Below, one piece after another: positions 60,820 to 64,000 of a stretch of 64,000 nucleotides of DNA. Source of the DNA: Candidatus Multivoradales bacterium (GTDB lineage: Bacteria > Acidobacteriota > Thermoanaerobaculia > Multivoradales > JAHEKO01). Below the pieces are notes generated by a model. That model was not told the DNA's origin and ran no database searches. It saw nothing but the letters and a program-made list of their open reading frames with translations. Made by a program: the position numbers and the translations under genes. Each line of letters begins with the position of its first letter. The first letter of the stretch is position 1. The stretch is from positions 448,001 through 512,000 of the forward strand of contig CBDCXM010000008.1 of the NCBI GenBank assembly GCA_965223855.1, given 5' to 3'.

Positions 60820-61831
60820 ACTCCGCCACCACCTCCTCGGGGGAGGGACCGAAGAACTCCCGAAGCTCGCTCGAGGCGAACCACGCCAGGAGCGCCAGCA
60901 GCAGGACGGCGCTCGCCACCGCCCACCACGCCGCCGCGTGCTCATGCGATAGCGCTGCCCGCGCCGCCTCGTCGCCGATCACCCAGTCGAACACCAGCGA
61001 CAGCGCCAGGCTGCCGACGACGATCGTCGCCAGGTACACCACCAGCATCCGCCGCCCGAGGGTCTTGGCGATCGCACCGATCGTCGCGACGTTGGTCGCC
61101 GGCCCCGCCATCAGGAAGACCAGCGCCGCCCCTGCCGGCATTCCGGCCCCGACGAGCGAAGCGGCGATCGGCACCGAGGCGGTCGCACACACATAGAGCG
61201 GCAGGCTCACCGCCAGCGCCGCCAGCCCGGCCCCGAGCGCGCCGATCGAGCCGAGCCCGGCTAGCGCCGAATCCGGCACGAAGACGTCGATCGCAGCCGA
61301 GATCAGCACTCCGCCCACCAGCCAGCGCCAGATGCTCCGAAGGATGTCGAGCCCGTGCTCCAGCATCTCCGCGGCCGCGCCGCGACGAGTCCCAGGCCGA
61401 TCGTCCAACACTGCTTCCGGCTCGGCCTCCTCCTCCCCGCCGATCGCCTCCGCCCACCAACCGCCCACCAACCCCGTCACCGCCGCACTGGCCACCTTGA
61501 AGAGCGCGAACGGCCAACCGAGGAACGACGCCGACACCAGGATCGAATCGACCCCGGTCTGAGGCGTCGAGATCAGGAAGCCGACCGAAGCACCGTCACT
61601 CGCTCCATCCTTCTTGAGCCCCAATCCCGCCGGAATCACCCCGCAGGAACAAAGCGGCATCGGCACCCCGAAGAGCACCGCCTTGCCGACTCCCCCGTAG
61701 CCACGCAGTTGCTTGCGGATCAGGTCGCGCGGCAGCACCACGTGCAACACCGCCGCGATCACCGTCCCCAGCAGCAGCCAGGGCGCCAGCTCCAGCAGAA
61801 TCTCCCAGTTCGCTTCGAGATACGCCCTCAT
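60820..61831 (-). CDS. DUF318/ArsP-type (SO_0444-like) metal permease; 3' end affected by a frameshift near 60817
   Basis: GVPMPLCSCGVIP, FLISTPQTGVDS, PLYVCATASVPIA, FLMAGPATN. The annotated frame degenerates after EEVVAES. Confidence 0.85.
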
Positions 61832-61836
61832 CGTCC

Positions 61837-62124
61837 TTACCTGGCCGCGATTCCGCCGAACCGGTCGAAGATCGTCATCAGATCCTCCACCTGCCGCCGC
61901 CGCGCCTCCTCACTGCCGTCCTTGAGCGCGTCCGAAACGCAGGTCTCGATATGCGACCCCAGGAGCACCTGAGCCGCCTTGCTCAACGCCCCCCGGATCG
62001 CCGAGATCTGCAGCAGCACATCCACACACCCCTCGTCCGAATCCACCATCCGATGCACCGCCGCCAACTGCCCCTCCGCCCGCCGCAACCGCTTCAGAAG
62101 CTCGTCTTTCGTCTCTTTCTTCAC
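61837..62124 (-). CDS. csoR: CsoR/RcnR family metal-sensing repressor
   Basis: LLKRLRRAEGQL..V.RMV....C.DVL.QISA...H..TC (C-H-C ligand set). Confidence 0.9.
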   Translation of the reverse strand: MKKETKDELLKRLRRAEGQLAAVHRMVDSDEGCVDVLLQISAIRGALSKAAQVLLGSHIETCVSDALKDGSEEARRRQVEDLMTIFDRFGGIAAR

Positions 62125-62126
62125 AA

Positions 62127-62172
62127 TACCCCCTAGGGGTACCTAGCATACCCCACAGGGGTACCAAGTCAA
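62127..62172 (-). promoter_or_regulatory. csoR promoter with two tandem CsoR-type operators
   Basis: TACCCCCTAGGGGTA (62127-62141) and TACCCCACAGGGGTA (62149-62163); minus-strand TTGACT-16 nt-TATGCT overlaps them. Confidence 0.88.
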
Positions 62173-62258
62173 CCCCAAGACCCATCGTGATTCAGGAGAC
62201 TCGAAGTCCCCTGAGTCACGCTTCCTCCCCACCCCCTCCGGGTGCACCCCACCGATAG

Positions 62259-62433
62259 GCCCCGGCCGCCCGAAGACTGAGCGCCGAGGGGGCTCTGAGC
62301 CGAGCCCGAAAGCCACCGAACCATTCTCCGGCGAAGGCGAAGGAGCGCGCCCCACCCACTCAACTACCCCTGTCGCGCAACGCCCCCCCTCGGGCTCAGT
62401 CTTCGGATGGCCGAGGGCCGGCATCGTCGCGAT
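62259..62433. repeat. Palindromic repeat family 2, copy B
   Basis: Long stem CCGAAGACTGAGC..CCGAGGGGGG / CCCCCCTCGG GCTCAGTCTTCGG; homologous to 52926-53104. Confidence 0.8.
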
Positions 62434-62446
62434 CGCATTCGATCGC

Positions 62447-62503
62447 AGATAGGTAACCTGTCACCGAAACTCCGAAACCGGAACTCCGACGCAACTCCGA
62501 TTC
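62447..62503. repeat. REP-like family 3 motif with degenerate 3' stutter
   Basis: AGATAGGTAACCTGTCACCGAAACTCC followed by GAAACCGGAACTCC GACGCAACTCC GATTCC; same core as the 18598-18740 cluster. Confidence 0.8.
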
Positions 62504-62672
62504 CTCGCGGAGCACCGCTTCCGAAGCCCGTTTCGTGGTGCCTGCGGCAGGTTCGGCGCCATCCGCCAGCGATGTGGCGCGATCTGCTAGTGACCACCTG
62601 TTCGCGGCCGCCTAGTGTGGAGTCGATAGGAACGAGAGCCCACCGGCTCACAGGCCGGAAAGGAGACGAGGA

Positions 62673-63494
62673 GTGAGCAAGACCGTACTGATCACCGGAG
62701 CGTCCTCGGGAATGGGCAAGGCTGCCGCCCTGCTCTTCGCCGAGGGTGGCCACAGGGTGTATGCCGCCGCGCGTCGCATCGACCGCATGCAGGAGGAACT
62801 GGCCCCCAGGGGCATCGTGCCCGTCGCACTCGATGTGACGAAGCCGGAGGACAACGAGCGTGTCGTGAAGCAGATAGTCGAGGCTGAAGGCCGCATCGAT
62901 GTCCTGATCAACAACGCAGGCTTCGGCCTCTACGGCCCGGTCGAGGACGTACCGCTCGACGACGCCCGCTACCAGTTCGAGGTCAACCTCTTCGGAATGG
63001 CCGATCTGACGCAGCAGGTACTGCCGCACATGCGGGCGCAGAGGGGAGGCCGCATCATCAACACCTCGTCGATGGGGGGCAGAATCTACACGCCGCTCGG
63101 CGCCTGGTACCACGCGACCAAGCACGCCGTCGAGGGTTGGTCGGACTGCCTCCGGATCGAGCTGGCCCCTTTCAATATCCAGGTCGTCGTCGTCCAACCC
63201 GGCGGCATCAGGACCGAGTTCGGGGACGTCACCGGAAAGCAGCTCAAGAAGTACTACGACCGGAGCGCTTATCAAGGCCAGATGGAGCCGTTTCTCAGGA
63301 TGATGGAAGACCCGCGCACCTTCGAGCGCGGTACCGCACCCGAGGTACTCGGGAAGGTCTTCCTAGAAGCCGCTACGAGCCCCAGGCCCAGGCGCCGCTA
63401 CGTCAAGGGGATGGGCGCCCGACCGCTGATGTTCATCCGGAAGTGGTTCGGCGACGGCGTCTACGAGTTCCTGCTCAGCCGCCTGTTCCGATGA
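62673..63494 (+). CDS. Short-chain dehydrogenase/reductase
   Basis: TGASSGMG, NNAG, S...YHATK catalytic motif. Confidence 0.95.
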   Translation: MSKTVLITGASSGMGKAAALLFAEGGHRVYAAARRIDRMQEELAPRGIVPVALDVTKPEDNERVVKQIVEAEGRIDVLINNAGFGLYGPVEDVPLDDARYQFEVNLFGMADLTQQVLPHMRAQRGGRIINTSSMGGRIYTPLGAWYHATKHAVEGWSDCLRIELAPFNIQVVVVQPGGIRTEFGDVTGKQLKKYYDRSAYQGQMEPFLRMMEDPRTFERGTAPEVLGKVFLEAATSPRPRRRYVKGMGARPLMFIRKWFGDGVYEFLLSRLFR

Positions 63495-63561
63495 GCCGCG
63501 CTACCTCTTCACAGATGCAGGAAGCAGGCATGAGACACCATCGCCAGCCCGGAGGAGACCG

Positions 63562-64000
63562 ATGAAGTCGAGAGCAGCCGTCGACCACCTGGATCCGCAG
63601 ATGTGGGCGAGGACGCCCGCGGAGCAGAGACTCGAACTGCTCGAGCAGGTCCGCGAGAACCTCAAGACGCATGGAGACGAACTCGCCGCCTCCGACACGA
63701 AGATGAAGAACGAGCTGATGGGCGAGCCGCTCTACAACGATGCGCTCTCGAAGGTGGGCACCGTCGTACCGATGGCCAACACCGTCGTCGCGGCGATCGC
63801 GCTTTACGAAGGCCTCGTCCGCGGCGAAATGCCCCAGCCGCTGGAGGTTAGAAAGGTCGCGGCGGGGCTCTACGACATCAAGGTCTTCCCATCCTCGGCG
63901 AAAGACCGACTCTTGTATGGCGACCGTACGGAAGTCCTGCGGGTCAAGGGTGAACCGAAGCAGATCAACCCGATGGAGAAGCCCGCCGGCGTCATCGCCG
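63562..64000 (+). CDS. Probable aldehyde-dehydrogenase-like protein, N-terminal part (runs off window)
   Basis: GGAGGAG RBS; open frame MKSRAAVDHLDPQMWARTPAEQRLELLEQVRENL...KPAGVIA. The W...P..QRL.LL pattern resembles ALDH N-termini. Confidence 0.55.
   Translation, partial: MKSRAAVDHLDPQMWARTPAEQRLELLEQVRENLKTHGDELAASDTKMKNELMGEPLYNDALSKVGTVVPMANTVVAAIALYEGLVRGEMPQPLEVRKVAAGLYDIKVFPSSAKDRLLYGDRTEVLRVKGEPKQINPMEKPAGVIA

Overview
High-GC bacterial chromosome segment. The lineage is inferred, not proven: probably Acidobacteriota (Thermoanaerobaculia-like), from gene content and the recurrent C-terminal tails. It is mostly housekeeping and metabolic genes (tdk, pyrE, arcC, fused selD, mog, sdaA, ileS, leuS, glnA, rpmB-rpmE2-rpsN, mdh, pepT, malic enzyme, xth), plus transporters, peptidases, many secreted proteins, a BrnT/BrnA-like toxin-antitoxin pair and a CsoR-regulated metal operon. 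I saw no rRNA, tRNA, CRISPR array or intact transposase. Main observations: (1) an identical-length 19-aa C-terminal tail, xFxDGFE(S/T)GDxSxW-x5, on four secreted genes of three unrelated folds, plus a second IPV(E/M)L tail on two others, suggesting uncharacterised protein-sorting signals; (2) a leaderless Ile-containing leader peptide with terminator/antiterminator geometry upstream of ileS; (3) three families of non-coding palindromic repeats, one of which ends exactly in the -10 box of leaderless genes; (4) a bacterial homologue of human C4orf33 (UPF0462); (5) several frameshifts that may be sequencing errors. All calls come from motif recognition by eye; no database searches were run.
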